A stretch of 64,000 nucleotides of DNA from Escherichia coli. GTDB lineage: Bacteria > Pseudomonadota > Gammaproteobacteria > Enterobacterales > Enterobacteriaceae. This document shows, one piece after another, positions 42,440 to 60,426 of the stretch. Numbering within the stretch: the first letter of the stretch is position 1; each line of letters starts with the position of its first letter. Both the position numbers and the translations under genes were made by a program. Under the pieces are notes generated by a model. It searched no databases, was not told where the DNA came from, and worked only from the letters and a program-made list of their open reading frames with translations. The DNA lies in the NCBI RefSeq assembly GCF_003334385.1, contig NZ_QOWN01000005.1; one strand, 5' to 3'.

Positions 42440-43098
42440 ACTTAACTCCACTGTCACACTTAACTCCCTTTCCCTTATTGGAATGCAGAGAAATAATCCT
42501 GAAGAATATGATTTATCATGCATATAAAATAAGAAAAAGCAAAATGAGTAAAATTCGGAAAACATAAAGATACGGGTTCTGATAAAAACAGAATCCATTG
42601 CCGTGGAATGAGTCATTTACCACAGCATAATAATCCATAATATTTTTGTTGCGAAAACAATCTAATCATAACTACCGCGAATACTCAATCATCTACAAAA
42701 TGGATTAAATGTGCTTATTTAATAATTAATTTATATATTTAATGCATTAATTCTTAACATTAATTGATCAATAATATTCACCAAATCAATATCAAAAAAA
42801 ATCGCAAAACATATAATTCAATACAAATCATCAGGATAGGTTTTGCAACGCGTGCATTTTGTCCCCTTTTTCCTCGTTGATTAGATGCAAAAATTTATGC
42901 TGAAATATGTCAACCGATGAAAAGCGTCGGTAGTTAAGCAGAAATTAATATCGCTTACTTTAACCACCGCAGCACAATTAGCTAATTTTACGGATGCAGA
43001 ACTCACGCTGGCGGGACGTTTTTATTGCGTCAGGGTTGACATCCGTTTTTGTATCCAGTAACTCTAAAAGCATATCGCATTCATCTGGAGCTGATTTA

Positions 43099-43185
43099 AT
43101 GACTCACATCGTTCGCTTTATCGGTCTACTACTACTAAACGCATCTTCTTTGCGCGGTAGACGAGTGAGCGGCATCCAGCATTAA
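43099..43185 (+). CDS. leuL: leu operon leader peptide (28 aa, four consecutive Leu codons)
   Basis: [28 protein letters not shown] read at the 3' end of the 63-aa track ORF; followed by the attenuator hairpin. Confidence 0.9.
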
Positions 43186-43204
43186 GCCAGCACGCAGTCA
43201 AACA

Positions 43205-43235
43205 AAAAACCCGCGCCATTGCGCGGGTTTTTTTA
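43205..43235 (+). terminator. leu attenuator terminator (CCCGCGC catt GCGCGGG followed by T7)
   Basis: GC-rich hairpin with a run of 7 T, located between leuL and leuA. Confidence 0.85.
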
Positions 43236-43277
43236 TGCCCGAAGCGAGGCGCTCTAAAAGAGACAAGGACCCAAACC

Positions 43278-45940
<2,663 letters not shown>

Positions 45941-45942
45941 TC

Positions 45943-47959
<2,017 letters not shown>

Positions 47960-48007
47960 TCCCCTTGCCCGGTCAAATGACCGGGCTTTCCGCTATCGTC
48001 CACGTCA

Positions 48008-49186
48008 TCAAACGTCTTTAACCTTTGCGGTTAAAAATAATGCGACAACAGAAATAACCGCAATTACCCAGTAGACAGCAAAGTGCCCCCAACTTTGTGC
48101 AATTGCTCCCTGAATAACGCCAGCCAGAATTACCCCGGTAGAAATACTGTTAGTAAATAAGGTGGTAGCTGCCCCCGCTCTTCCAGGCATTAAATCCTGA
48201 AACCATAGCATCCCAATACCCGCAACAATGCCGATAAATACAGCGTTAAAAAGTTGCAGCGTCATCAACGCCATACGGCTATTAAAGAAAATCAATCCGG
48301 TGTAAAACAGTACTCCTGCCGCCACTGCTATGACCATCATTCGCCGCTTACCATAACGTTTGACATAGTAGCCAGCCAGAATCATTGCTGGTATTTCCAG
48401 TCCAGCTGCCGTCCCCATCAGGAAACCCGCCAGTTTGTCTGGCAATCCTAACTCGCTACTGATCCACAACGGCATATCAATAATGTACATGGTGTTGCAG
48501 GTCCACATTAACGTCGAGGCGACAAATAACATCCGTACGTTACTATCCTGCCAGCCACCTTGCATTGATAAAGCATTTTCCGACGGCAGTTCTACCCGCG
48601 CCACAGACGGAAGCATAAATGCAATCAATACCAGACTGAGTGTGAATATCCCGGCGGCAATCGAAAACATCACCGTAAAGCCGTAATTCAACGCCAGCAT
48701 AAAGGCCAACGGTGGACCGATAACCCATGCCAGAGAAAGCTGCGCACGCATCACCGAGCTAAACATCACCACTTCTCGCGCCGAGTTATCCGCATATTCC
48801 CGCGCCAGAGCAAATAACTGTGGCATTGCCGTATTGGCCAGAGATGCCAGAAGCACACCACAGGTGATAAGCGTCAGATAATGACGATTAAATGCAAACA
48901 ATAGCGCATTGCCGATAGCCATCAAACAGCAAAATATAATCAGTTTTCGCCGATCGCCCTGACTGTCAGAACGTTTTGCCAACCAGAGGCTTACGCCGAT
49001 CCCAGCAATAGCATTCACCGTATAAAAGAGGCCGATCCAGAAAGGTTGCGCGCCAACCTCACGACTCAGAAATAAGCTCAATGTAGGAGCCTGTAGCGCC
49101 CCGGCCACCCCCATCATAAAAGCGACCAGCATAAATGCCGCGTAAACACCGTTCATACGGCGAGCCATCGTCATTATCCAGATCAT
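48008..49186 (-). CDS. setA: MFS sugar efflux transporter SetA
   Basis: 392-aa 12-TM ORF beginning MIWIMTMARRMNGVYAAFMLVAFMMGVAGAL. Confidence 0.95.
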   Translation of the reverse strand: MIWIMTMARRMNGVYAAFMLVAFMMGVAGALQAPTLSLFLSREVGAQPFWIGLFYTVNAIAGIGVSLWLAKRSDSQGDRRKLIIFCCLMAIGNALLFAFNRHYLTLITCGVLLASLANTAMPQLFALAREYADNSAREVVMFSSVMRAQLSLAWVIGPPLAFMLALNYGFTVMFSIAAGIFTLSLVLIAFMLPSVARVELPSENALSMQGGWQDSNVRMLFVASTLMWTCNTMYIIDMPLWISSELGLPDKLAGFLMGTAAGLEIPAMILAGYYVKRYGKRRMMVIAVAAGVLFYTGLIFFNSRMALMTLQLFNAVFIGIVAGIGMLWFQDLMPGRAGAATTLFTNSISTGVILAGVIQGAIAQSWGHFAVYWVIAVISVVALFLTAKVKDV

Positions 49187-49213
49187 ACGTTCCCTTTTTA
49201 GCGCGGCGAGAAT

Positions 49214-49440
49214 AAAAAAAACCAGCAGGTATAATCTGCTGGCGGGTGATTTTACACCAATACTCAGTCACACATGATGCAGGCAAGTCAACTTTCAGAA
49301 TTGCGGTCATCCCACTGCATCAGTCCTTCAAGCATGGTTAATCGTTGTGGGACGCTTAACCAACGCAACCAGCACAACTTCGCTGTCGCGGTAAAATAGT
49401 GCTGATAAAACTGACGCATGGGGCACCCCCTTGCTTCATC
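49214..49440 (-). ncRNA. sgrS: SgrS small RNA (glucose-phosphate stress; encodes SgrT and carries the base-pairing region plus terminator)
   Basis: Minus-strand sequence GATGAAGCAAGGGGGTGCCCCATG...GTGTGACTGAGTATTGGTGTAAAATCACCCGCCAGCAGATTATACCTGCTGG followed by T8; divergent from sgrR. Confidence 0.85.
49288..49419 (-). CDS. sgrT: SgrT small protein (43 aa) encoded inside SgrS
   Basis: MRQFYQHYFTATAKLCWLRWLSVPQRLTMLEGLMQWDDRNSES read from the ATG at 49417-49419. Confidence 0.85.
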   Translation of the reverse strand: MRQFYQHYFTATAKLCWLRWLSVPQRLTMLEGLMQWDDRNSES

Positions 49441-49507
49441 GTTAGGAATTATTGACTTAATATAGGGAAAATAAAATTGCTGTCTTTTGCACAGGAGTTC
49501 CCCTTTT

Positions 49508-51163
49508 ATGCCATCTGCTCGTCTGCAACAACAGTTCATCCGCCTGTGGCAATGCTGCGAGGGTAAATCGCAGGACACAACGCTCAACGAACTGGCAGCG
49601 TTATTGAGCTGCTCGCGTCGTCATATGCGCACCCTGCTCAACACCATGCAGGATCGCGGCTGGCTGACGTGGGAAGCGGAAGTCGGGCGCGGTAAACGCT
49701 CGCGTCTGACATTCCTCTATACCGGGCTGGCGCTTCAGCAACAGCGGGCGGAAGACCTGCTGGAGCAGGATCGTATCGATCAACTGGTGCAGTTGGTTGG
49801 CGACAAAGCGACTGTGCGGCAAATGCTGGTTTCTCATCTGGGCCGCAGCTTCCGCCAGGGGCGGCACATCCTGCGCGTGCTCTACTATCGTCCGTTGCGT
49901 AATCTGCTACCTGGCAGCGCATTGCGCCGTTCCGAAACCCATATCGCCCGGCAAATCTTCAGTTCGCTAACGCGCATAAATGAGGAAAATGGGGAACTGG
50001 AAGCAGACATCGCCCACCACTGGCAGCAAATTTCACCGCTTCACTGGCGTTTCTTTTTGCGTCCAGGAGTCCATTTTCACCATGGTCGTGAACTGGAAAT
50101 GGACGATGTGATCGCCTCTTTAAAACGAATCAATACGCTGCCGCTCTATTCGCATATTGCTGACATTGTGTCGCCGACGCCCTGGACGCTGGATATCCAT
50201 CTCACGCAACCGGACCGCTGGTTACCGTTACTGCTGGGGCAAGTTCCGGCGATGATCCTGCCGCGCGAATGGGAAACCCTCAGTAACTTTGCCAGCCATC
50301 CCATCGGCACCGGTCCGTATGCGGTGATTCGCAACAGCACCAATCAACTGAAAATTCAGGCATTCGATGACTTCTTCGGTTACCGGGCATTAATCGACGA
50401 AGTTAACGTCTGGGTTCTGCCGGAAATTGCCGACGAGCCAGCCGGAGGGCTGATGCTAAAAGGTCCACAGGGCGAGGAAAAAGAGATTGAAAGCCGCCTG
50501 GAGGAAGGTTGCTACTATTTACTGTTCGACAGCCGCACCCATCGCGGGGCGAATCAGCAAGTCAGGGACTGGGTAAGCTATGTGCTTTCTCCAACTAATC
50601 TGGTCTATTTCGCTGAGGAACAGTACCAGCAACTGTGGTTCCCGGCTTATGGACTGCTCCCCCGTTGGCACCATGCCCGCACCATAAAGAGCGAAAAACC
50701 GGCTGGCCTGGAAAGCCTCACCCTAACCTTTTATCAGGATCACAGTGAGCATCGGGTGATTGCCGGGATCATGCAGCAGATTCTGGCAAGTCACCAGGTC
50801 ACGCTGAAAATCAAAGAGATCGACTACGATCAGTGGCATACAGGAGAGATCGAAAGTGATATCTGGCTAAACAGCGCCAACTTTACCCTGCCGCTGGACT
50901 TCTCTGTTTTCGCACATTTATGCGAAGTGCCACTGCTACAACATTGCATTCCCATTGACTGGCAAGCCGACGCTGCTCGCTGGCGCAATGGCGAGATGAA
51001 TCTGGCGAACTGGTGCCAGCAACTGGTCGCCAGCAAAGCGATGGTGCCATTATTGCACCACTGGCTGATCATTCAGGGGCAACGCAGTATGCGCGGCCTG
51101 CGCATGAATACCCTCGGCTGGTTCGATTTTAAATCAGCGTGGTTTGCGCCACCGGATCCATGA
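49508..51163 (+). CDS. sgrR: Transcriptional activator SgrR (N-terminal wHTH DNA-binding domain, C-terminal solute-binding-protein-like domain)
   Basis: Track ORF trimmed to [44 protein letters not shown]... (551 aa); SD AGGAG at 49494-49498. Confidence 0.94.
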   Translation: MPSARLQQQFIRLWQCCEGKSQDTTLNELAALLSCSRRHMRTLLNTMQDRGWLTWEAEVGRGKRSRLTFLYTGLALQQQRAEDLLEQDRIDQLVQLVGDKATVRQMLVSHLGRSFRQGRHILRVLYYRPLRNLLPGSALRRSETHIARQIFSSLTRINEENGELEADIAHHWQQISPLHWRFFLRPGVHFHHGRELEMDDVIASLKRINTLPLYSHIADIVSPTPWTLDIHLTQPDRWLPLLLGQVPAMILPREWETLSNFASHPIGTGPYAVIRNSTNQLKIQAFDDFFGYRALIDEVNVWVLPEIADEPAGGLMLKGPQGEEKEIESRLEEGCYYLLFDSRTHRGANQQVRDWVSYVLSPTNLVYFAEEQYQQLWFPAYGLLPRWHHARTIKSEKPAGLESLTLTFYQDHSEHRVIAGIMQQILASHQVTLKIKEIDYDQWHTGEIESDIWLNSANFTLPLDFSVFAHLCEVPLLQHCIPIDWQADAARWRNGEMNLANWCQQLVASKAMVPLLHHWLIIQGQRSMRGLRMNTLGWFDFKSAWFAPPDP

Positions 51164-51204
51164 TTGCTGGTTGATAACAAAATCACTACACTAACGCCGT
51201 TCTC

Positions 51205-51300
51205 AACGGGGTGCCACGCGTACGCGTGCGCTGAGAAAATACCCGTCGAACCTGATCCGGATAACGCCGGCGAAGGGATTTGAGGCTCCTTCTCAAGTCC
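51205..51300 (+). promoter_or_regulatory. TPP riboswitch (thi-box) in the thiBPQ leader
   Basis: GGGGTGCC...CTGAGA AAATACCCGT CGAACCTGATCCGGATAACGCCGGCGAAGGGA matches the conserved THI element core (CUGAGA / ACCUGAUC.GGAUAAUGCC.GCGAAGGGA). Confidence 0.85.
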
Positions 51301-51326
51301 TTTGCCACTCTTTTTTGAGGTGCAAA

Positions 51327-52310
51327 GTGTTAAAAAAATGTCTGCCCCTGCTGTTGCTGTGCACAGCGCCCGTTTTCGCTAAACCCGTTCTGACTGTTTA
51401 TACCTACGATTCCTTCGCCGCCGACTGGGGGCCTGGTCCGGTGGTTAAAAAAGCCTTTGAAGCCGACTGTAATTGCGAACTGAAACTGGTGGCGCTGGAA
51501 GATGGCGTTTCGCTTCTCAACCGTCTACGGATGGAAGGCAAAAACAGTAAAACCGATGTGGTGCTGGGGCTGGATAACAACCTGTTAGACGCCGCCAGTA
51601 AAACCGGACTGTTTGCCAAAAGCGGTGTGGCAGCGGATGCCGTTAACGTTCCCGGCGGCTGGAATAATGACACTTTCGTACCGTTTGATTATGGCTACTT
51701 CGCCTTCGTTTATGACAAGAACAAACTGAAAAACCCGCCACAAAGCCTGAAAGAACTGGTTGAGAGCGATCAAAACTGGCGGGTGATTTATCAGGATCCG
51801 CGCACCAGTACACCGGGGCTGGGTCTGTTGCTATGGATGCAAAAAGTCTATGGCGATGACGCCCCACAAGCCTGGCAGAAACTGGCGAAGAAAACGGTCA
51901 CGGTCACCAAAGGCTGGAGCGAAGCCTACGGCCTGTTTTTAAAAGGTGAAAGCGATCTGGTACTGAGTTACACCACCTCTCCGGCTTATCACATTCTCGA
52001 AGAGAAGAAAGATAACTACGCCGCCGCGAACTTCAGCGAAGGTCACTATCTGCAAGTGGAAGTCGCCGCCCGCACCGCTGCCAGCAAGCAGCCGGAGCTG
52101 GCGCAAAAATTCCTCCAGTTTATGGTTTCTCCGGCTTTCCAGAATGCGATCCCAACCGGCAACTGGATGTATCCGGTGGCAAACGTCACGCTGCCTGCCG
52201 GTTTTGAAAAATTGACCAAACCCGCAACCACGTTGGAGTTCACGCCAGCCGAAGTGGCGGCACAACGTCAGGCATGGATTAGCGAATGGCAACGCGCCGT
52301 CAGCCGTTAA
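51327..52310 (+). CDS. thiB: Thiamine/TPP ABC transporter periplasmic binding protein
   Basis: 327-aa reading from the GTG at 51327 (SD GAGG 51317-51320): LKKCLPLLLLCTAPVFAKPVLTVYTYDSF with a signal peptide. Confidence 0.94.
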   Translation: MLKKCLPLLLLCTAPVFAKPVLTVYTYDSFAADWGPGPVVKKAFEADCNCELKLVALEDGVSLLNRLRMEGKNSKTDVVLGLDNNLLDAASKTGLFAKSGVAADAVNVPGGWNNDTFVPFDYGYFAFVYDKNKLKNPPQSLKELVESDQNWRVIYQDPRTSTPGLGLLLWMQKVYGDDAPQAWQKLAKKTVTVTKGWSEAYGLFLKGESDLVLSYTTSPAYHILEEKKDNYAAANFSEGHYLQVEVAARTAASKQPELAQKFLQFMVSPAFQNAIPTGNWMYPVANVTLPAGFEKLTKPATTLEFTPAEVAAQRQAWISEWQRAVSR

Positions 52311-53896
52311 TTCCCGGCTGGTTAATTCCAGGTGTAAGCGCCACCACGCTGGTGGTAGCGGTTGCGCTGGCGGCGTTTCTCGCCCTGTGGTGGAACGCGC
52401 CGCAGGATGACTGGGTGGCAGTCTGGCAGGACAGCTATCTGTGGCATGTGGTGCGCTTCTCCTTCTGGCAGGCGTTTCTCTCGGCACTGCTCTCTGTCAT
52501 ACCCGCGATATTCCTCGCCCGCGCGCTCTATCGCAGGCGCTTTCCGGGTCGGCTGGCGCTGTTGCGTCTGTGTGCAATGACCTTGATCCTCCCGGTGTTG
52601 GTCGCTGTTTTCGGCATTCTTAGCGTCTATGGTCGCCAGGGCTGGCTGGCAACACTCTGCCAATCGCTCGGTCTGGAGTGGACCTTTTCGCCCTACGGCC
52701 TGCAAGGTATTTTGCTGGCCCATGTGTTTTTTAATCTGCCGATGGCGAGCCGCTTATTACTCCAGGCACTGGAAAACATCCCCGGCGAACAGCGTCAACT
52801 TGCCGCCCAGCTTGGGATGCGTAGCTGGCATTTTTTCCGCTTCGTCGAATGGCCGTGGTTACGGCGACAAATCCCGCCGGTTGCTGCGCTTATCTTTATG
52901 CTCTGTTTCGCCAGCTTCGCCACCGTGCTATCGCTGGGGGGCGGTCCGCAGGCGACCACTATCGAGCTGGCAATCTATCAGGCGCTGAGTTACGACTACG
53001 ATCCTGCCCGCGCGGCAATGCTGGCGCTGCTCCAGATGGTGTGCTGCCTCGGGCTGGTGCTGTTGAGTCAGCGATTGAGTAAGGCCATTGCGCCCGGCAC
53101 CACGCTGCTGCAAGGCTGGCGCGACCCGGACGATCGTCTGCATAGCCGCATTTGCGACACGGTGTTAATTGTGCTGGCGCTGCTGCTGTTGCTGCCACCG
53201 TTACTGGCGGTGATCGTCGATGGGGTAAATCGCCAGTTGCCGGAAGTGCTGGCACAACCGGTGCTGTGGCAGGCGCTGTGGACCTCGTTGCGTATTGCGC
53301 TGGCGGCAGGTGTATTGTGCGTAGTGCTGACCATGATGCTGCTATGGAGCAGTCGCGAACTGCGGGCGCGGCAGAAAATGCTGGCGGGTCAGGTGCTGGA
53401 GATGAGCGGCATGTTGATCCTCGCCATGCCGGGGATTGTGCTGGCTACCGGCTTCTTTTTACTGCTCAACAACACTATCGGCCTGCCACAATCTGCTGAC
53501 GGCATTGTGATTTTCACCAATGCGTTAATGGCGATCCCTTATGCGCTGAAAGTGCTGGAAAACCCGATGCGCGATATCACCGCCCGCTACAGCATGTTAT
53601 GTCAGTCGCTGGGGATTGAAGGCTGGTCACGCTTAAAAGTGGTGGAGCTGCGCGCCCTGAAACGTCCACTGGCGCAGGCGCTGGCCTTTGCATGCGTGCT
53701 GTCGATTGGTGATTTTGGCGTGGTGGCGTTGTTCGGTAACGATGATTTCCGCACCCTGCCGTTTTATCTCTACCAGCAAATTGGCTCCTATCGCAGCCAG
53801 GACGGTGCGGTCACCGCGTTAATTCTGCTGCTGCTCTGTTTTCTGCTGTTTACCGTGATTGAAAAACTACCGGGGCGAAATGTTAAAACTGACTGA
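52286..53896 (+). CDS. thiP: Thiamine ABC transporter permease
   Basis: 536-aa polytopic membrane ORF with two ABC permease domains; overlaps the thiB 3' end. Confidence 0.95.
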   Translation: MATRRQPLIPGWLIPGVSATTLVVAVALAAFLALWWNAPQDDWVAVWQDSYLWHVVRFSFWQAFLSALLSVIPAIFLARALYRRRFPGRLALLRLCAMTLILPVLVAVFGILSVYGRQGWLATLCQSLGLEWTFSPYGLQGILLAHVFFNLPMASRLLLQALENIPGEQRQLAAQLGMRSWHFFRFVEWPWLRRQIPPVAALIFMLCFASFATVLSLGGGPQATTIELAIYQALSYDYDPARAAMLALLQMVCCLGLVLLSQRLSKAIAPGTTLLQGWRDPDDRLHSRICDTVLIVLALLLLLPPLLAVIVDGVNRQLPEVLAQPVLWQALWTSLRIALAAGVLCVVLTMMLLWSSRELRARQKMLAGQVLEMSGMLILAMPGIVLATGFFLLLNNTIGLPQSADGIVIFTNALMAIPYALKVLENPMRDITARYSMLCQSLGIEGWSRLKVVELRALKRPLAQALAFACVLSIGDFGVVALFGNDDFRTLPFYLYQQIGSYRSQDGAVTALILLLLCFLLFTVIEKLPGRNVKTD

Positions 53897-54578
53897 TATC
53901 ACCTGGCTTTACCACCATTTGCCGATGCGTTTTAGCTTAACGGTGGAACGCGGCGAGCAGGTGGCGATCCTCGGGCCAAGCGGCGCGGGTAAAAGTACCC
54001 TGCTGAATTTGATCGCCGGTTTTCTGACGCCAGCCAGCGGTTCGCTGACTATCGATGGCGTAGATCACACAACTATGCCGCCGTCACGCCGTCCGGTGTC
54101 GATGCTGTTTCAGGAGAACAACCTGTTCAGCCACCTGACGGTCGCACAGAACATCGGGCTGGGGCTAAATCCGGGATTGAAACTGAACGCGGTACAGCAG
54201 GGGAAAATGCACGCTATCGCCCGCCAGATGGGGATTGATAATTTAATGGCGCGGTTACCGGGCGAGCTTTCCGGCGGTCAGCGACAGCGAGTGGCGTTAG
54301 CGCGTTGTCTGGTACGCGAACAGCCGATTTTATTGCTCGATGAACCGTTCTCTGCGCTCGATCCGGCGTTACGTCAGGAGATGTTGACGCTGGTGAGCAC
54401 GAGCTGCCAGCAGCAAAAAATGACGCTATTGATGGTGTCGCACAGCGTGGAAGATGCGGCGCGGATCGCCACGCGCTCGGTAGTAGTCGCCGACGGGCGC
54501 ATCGCCTGGCAGGGTATGACCAATGAGTTGTTGAGCGGTAAGGCGAGTGCTTCGGCACTATTGGGGATTACGGGTTAG
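53880..54578 (+). CDS. thiQ: Thiamine ABC transporter ATP-binding protein
   Basis: Track ORF trimmed to [13 protein letters not shown]... (232 aa); Walker [13 protein letters not shown] signature LSGGQRQR. Confidence 0.95.
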   Translation: MLKLTDITWLYHHLPMRFSLTVERGEQVAILGPSGAGKSTLLNLIAGFLTPASGSLTIDGVDHTTMPPSRRPVSMLFQENNLFSHLTVAQNIGLGLNPGLKLNAVQQGKMHAIARQMGIDNLMARLPGELSGGQRQRVALARCLVREQPILLLDEPFSALDPALRQEMLTLVSTSCQQQKMTLLMVSHSVEDAARIATRSVVVADGRIAWQGMTNELLSGKASASALLGITG

Positions 54579-54584
54579 TATGCA

Positions 54585-54672
<88 letters not shown>

Positions 54673-54691
54673 ACCCGCACAAGACTATCTC

Positions 54692-55456
54692 CTAAACCCC
54701 AACCACTTTACGCAAAATATCGATATACACCGGCATCAACGGGTGGCGAATTAACACCACCAGCGCCACCACGCCGATGGCAGAAATCAACGGCGTCAGC
54801 CACAACAAACGACCGCGGGACAAATAATGACTCAAACGGTCAGTCGCTTTACCGCTGCGCCATAACCGCCAGCACAGCCAGCCACCAACCCACAAAAACA
54901 CCGCTGTTGCCAGCAGCAACCATTTAAACTCACCGCTCTGCATTCCGGCAGGAATATCGATCGCCGCGCCCGCCAGAATCCCTGGCAGGAAGTAAAACGG
55001 CGGCCACAGCAGGCAGCCGATAATATTCGGCGTAATAAATTTAGCCACCGGCAGATCCAGCATTCCCGCCACCATTGGCACCAGCGGACGCGTCGGGCCA
55101 ACAAAACGACCGACCAGAATGGTGAACATGCTGTGTTGATGCAACGCATGTTCAGTTTTATCAAGTAGTGCTTTGTTTTTCTTCAGAAATGACCAGCGAT
55201 GCAACGGCTTTTTAAAACGCCAACCCAGCCAGAAAGAAATCCAGTCGCCCATCAAGCAGCCAATAATCCCTGCCAGCCAGGCGTACCAGAAACTTAACTC
55301 GCCGCTGCCAATCAGCGCTCCCAGCCCCGCCATCAGCACCGTACCGGGTAGAATCAAACCGACCAGCGCCAGCGACTCCAGAAAGGCCACCAACACCACC
55401 GCCATCAATGAATACACGGTGGATTGGGTAATAAAGTGTTCCAGCAATGCTTGCAT
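54692..55456 (-). CDS. yabI: DedA-family inner membrane protein YabI
   Basis: 254-aa membrane ORF beginning MQALLEHFITQSTVYSLMAVVLVAFLESLALVGLILPG. Confidence 0.93.
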   Translation of the reverse strand: MQALLEHFITQSTVYSLMAVVLVAFLESLALVGLILPGTVLMAGLGALIGSGELSFWYAWLAGIIGCLMGDWISFWLGWRFKKPLHRWSFLKKNKALLDKTEHALHQHSMFTILVGRFVGPTRPLVPMVAGMLDLPVAKFITPNIIGCLLWPPFYFLPGILAGAAIDIPAGMQSGEFKWLLLATAVFLWVGGWLCWRLWRSGKATDRLSHYLSRGRLLWLTPLISAIGVVALVVLIRHPLMPVYIDILRKVVGV

Positions 55457-55541
55457 AATGTGCCTGTCAAATGGACGAAGCAGGGATTCTGCAAACCCTA
55501 TGCTACTCCGTCAAGCCGTCAATTGTCTGATTCGTTACCAA

Positions 55542-56420
55542 TTATGACAACTTGACGGCTACATCATTCACTTTTTCTTCACAACCGGCACGAAACTCGC
55601 TCGGGCTGGCCCCGGTGCATTTTTTAAATACTCGCGAGAAATAGAGTTGATCGTCAAAACCAACATTGCGACCGACGGTGGCGATAGGCATCCGGGTAGT
55701 GCTCAAAAGCAGCTTCGCCTGACTAATGCGTTGGTCCTCGCGCCAGCTTAAGACGCTAATCCCTAACTGCTGGCGGAAAAGATGTGACAGACGCGACGGC
55801 GACAAGCAAACATGCTGTGCGACGCTGGCGATATCAAAATTGCTGTCTGCCAGGTGATCGCTGATGTACTGACAAGCCTCGCGTACCCGATTATCCATCG
55901 GTGGATGGAGCGACTCGTTAATCGCTTCCATGCGCCGCAGTAACAATTGCTCAAGCAGATTTATCGCCAGCAGCTCCGAATAGCGCCCTTCCCCTTGCCC
56001 GGCGTTAATGATTTGCCCAAACAGGTCGCTGAAATGCGGCTGGTGCGCTTCATCCGGGCGAAAGAAACCCGTATTGGCAAATATTGACGGCCAGTTAAGC
56101 CATTCATGCCAGTAGGCGCGCGGACGAAAGTAAACCCACTGGTGATACCATTCGCGAGCCTCCGGATGACGACCGTAGTGATGAATCTCTCCTGGCGGGA
56201 ACAGCAAAATATCACCCGGTCGGCAGACAAATTCTCGTCCCTGATTTTTCACCACCCCCTGACCGCGAATGGTGAGATTGAGAATATAACCTTTCATTCC
56301 CAGCGGTCGGTCGATAAAAAAATCGAGATAACCGTTGGCCTCAATCGGCGTTAAACCCGCCACCAGATGGGCGTTAAACGAGTATCCCGGCAGCAGGGGA
56401 TCATTTTGCGCTTCAGCCAT
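55542..56420 (-). CDS. araC: Arabinose operon regulator AraC
   Basis: Track ORF trimmed to [55 protein letters not shown]... (292 aa). Confidence 0.96.
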
Positions 56421-58459
<2,039 letters not shown>

Positions 58460-58469
58460 GGACACGATA

Positions 58470-59972
58470 ATGACGATTTTTGATAATTATGAAGTGTGGT
58501 TTGTCATTGGCAGCCAGCATCTGTATGGCCCGGAAACCCTGCGTCAGGTCACCCAACATGCCGAGCACGTCGTTAATGCGCTGAATACGGAAGCGAAACT
58601 GCCCTGCAAACTGGTGTTGAAACCGCTGGGCACCACGCCGGATGAAATCACCGCTATTTGCCGCGACGCGAATTACGACGATCGTTGCGCTGGTCTGGTG
58701 GTGTGGCTGCACACCTTCTCCCCGGCCAAAATGTGGATCAACGGCCTGACCATGCTCAACAAACCGTTGCTGCAATTCCACACCCAGTTCAACGCGGCGC
58801 TGCCGTGGGACAGTATCGATATGGACTTTATGAACCTGAACCAGACTGCACATGGCGGTCGCGAGTTCGGCTTCATTGGCGCGCGTATGCGTCAGCAACA
58901 TGCCGTGGTTACCGGTCACTGGCAGGATAAACAAGCCCATGAGCGTATCGGCTCCTGGATGCGTCAGGCGGTCTCTAAACAGGATACCCGTCATCTGAAA
59001 GTCTGCCGATTTGGCGATAACATGCGTGAAGTGGCGGTCACCGATGGCGATAAAGTTGCCGCACAGATCAAGTTCGGTTTCTCCGTCAATACCTGGGCGG
59101 TTGGCGATCTGGTGCAGGTGGTGAACTCCATCAGCGACGGCGATGTTAACGCGCTGGTCGATGAGTACGAAAGCTGCTACACCATGACGCCTGCCACACA
59201 AATCCACGGCAAAAAACGACAGAACGTGCTGGAAGCGGCGCGTATTGAGCTGGGGATGAAGCGTTTCCTGGAACAAGGTGGCTTCCACGCGTTCACCACC
59301 ACCTTTGAAGATTTGCACGGTCTGAAACAGCTTCCTGGTCTGGCCGTACAGCGTCTGATGCAGCAGGGTTACGGCTTTGCGGGCGAAGGCGACTGGAAAA
59401 CTGCCGCCCTGCTTCGCATCATGAAGGTGATGTCAACCGGTCTGCAGGGCGGCACCTCCTTTATGGAGGACTACACCTATCACTTCGAGAAAGGTAATGA
59501 CCTGGTGCTCGGCTCCCATATGCTGGAAGTCTGCCCGTCGATCGCCGCAGAAGAGAAACCGATCCTCGACGTTCAGCATCTCGGTATTGGTGGTAAGGAC
59601 GATCCTGCCCGCCTGATCTTCAATACCCAAACCGGCCCAGCGATTGTCGCCAGCTTGATTGATCTCGGCGATCGTTACCGTCTACTGGTTAACTGCATCG
59701 ACACGGTGAAAACACCGCACTCCCTGCCGAAACTGCCGGTGGCGAATGCGCTGTGGAAAGCGCAACCGGATCTGCCAACTGCTTCCGAAGCGTGGATCCT
59801 CGCTGGTGGCGCGCACCATACCGTCTTCAGCCATGCACTGAACCTCAACGATATGCGCCAATTCGCCGAGATGCACGACATTGAAATCACGGTGATTGAT
59901 AACGACACACGCCTGCCAGCGTTTAAAGACGCGCTGCGCTGGAACGAAGTGTATTACGGGTTTCGTCGCTAA
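58470..59972 (+). CDS. araA: L-arabinose isomerase
   Basis: Track ORF trimmed to [27 protein letters not shown]... (500 aa). Confidence 0.97.
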   Translation: MTIFDNYEVWFVIGSQHLYGPETLRQVTQHAEHVVNALNTEAKLPCKLVLKPLGTTPDEITAICRDANYDDRCAGLVVWLHTFSPAKMWINGLTMLNKPLLQFHTQFNAALPWDSIDMDFMNLNQTAHGGREFGFIGARMRQQHAVVTGHWQDKQAHERIGSWMRQAVSKQDTRHLKVCRFGDNMREVAVTDGDKVAAQIKFGFSVNTWAVGDLVQVVNSISDGDVNALVDEYESCYTMTPATQIHGKKRQNVLEAARIELGMKRFLEQGGFHAFTTTFEDLHGLKQLPGLAVQRLMQQGYGFAGEGDWKTAALLRIMKVMSTGLQGGTSFMEDYTYHFEKGNDLVLGSHMLEVCPSIAAEEKPILDVQHLGIGGKDDPARLIFNTQTGPAIVASLIDLGDRYRLLVNCIDTVKTPHSLPKLPVANALWKAQPDLPTASEAWILAGGAHHTVFSHALNLNDMRQFAEMHDIEITVIDNDTRLPAFKDALRWNEVYYGFRR

Positions 59973-59978
59973 GTAGCC

Positions 59979-60413
59979 GCATCCGGTATGTAACACCTGA
60001 TGCGACGCTGACGCGTCTTATCTGGCCTACACGCTGCGATTTTGTAGGCCGGATAAGCAAAGCGCATCCGGCATTCAACGCCTGATGCGACGCTGGCGCG
60101 TCTTATCAGGCCTACGCGCTGCGATTTTGTAGGCCGGATAAGCAAAGCGCATCCGGCATTCAACGCCTGATGCGACGCTGGCGCGTCTTATCAGGCCTAC
60201 GCGCTGCGATTTTGTAGGCCGGATAAGCAAAGCGCATCCGGCATTCAACGCCTGATGCGACGCTGGCGCGTCTTATCAGGCCTACGCGCTGCGATTTTGT
60301 AGGCCGGATAAGCAAAGCGCATCCGGCATTCAACGCCTGATGCGACGCTGGCGCGTCTTATCAGGCCTACACGCTGCGATTTTGTAGGCCGGATAAGCAA
60401 AGCGCATCCGGCA
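59979..60413. repeat. Tandem BIME array: five complete 85-bp units (starting at 59979, 60064, 60149, 60234, 60319) plus a partial sixth, each unit holding an inverted REP pair
   Basis: Unit GCATCCGGCATTCAACGCCTGATGCGACGCTGGCGCGTCTTATCAGGCCTACGCGCTGCGATTTTGTAGGCCGGATAAGCAAAGC repeats with an exact 85-bp period; fills the araA-araD spacer. Confidence 0.9.
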
Positions 60414-60426
60414 CGAAGGAGTCAAC

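Noticed and set aside
42994-43185. 63-aa track ORF upstream of leuA
   Set aside because: Only the last 28 codons (from the ATG at 43099) correspond to the leu leader peptide; the N-terminal extension has no support.
59979-60413. Possible CRISPR array (regular 85-bp periodicity)
   Set aside because: The units are near-identical over their whole length with no unique spacers, are made of REP palindromes, and have no cas genes or leader nearby; this is a BIME array.
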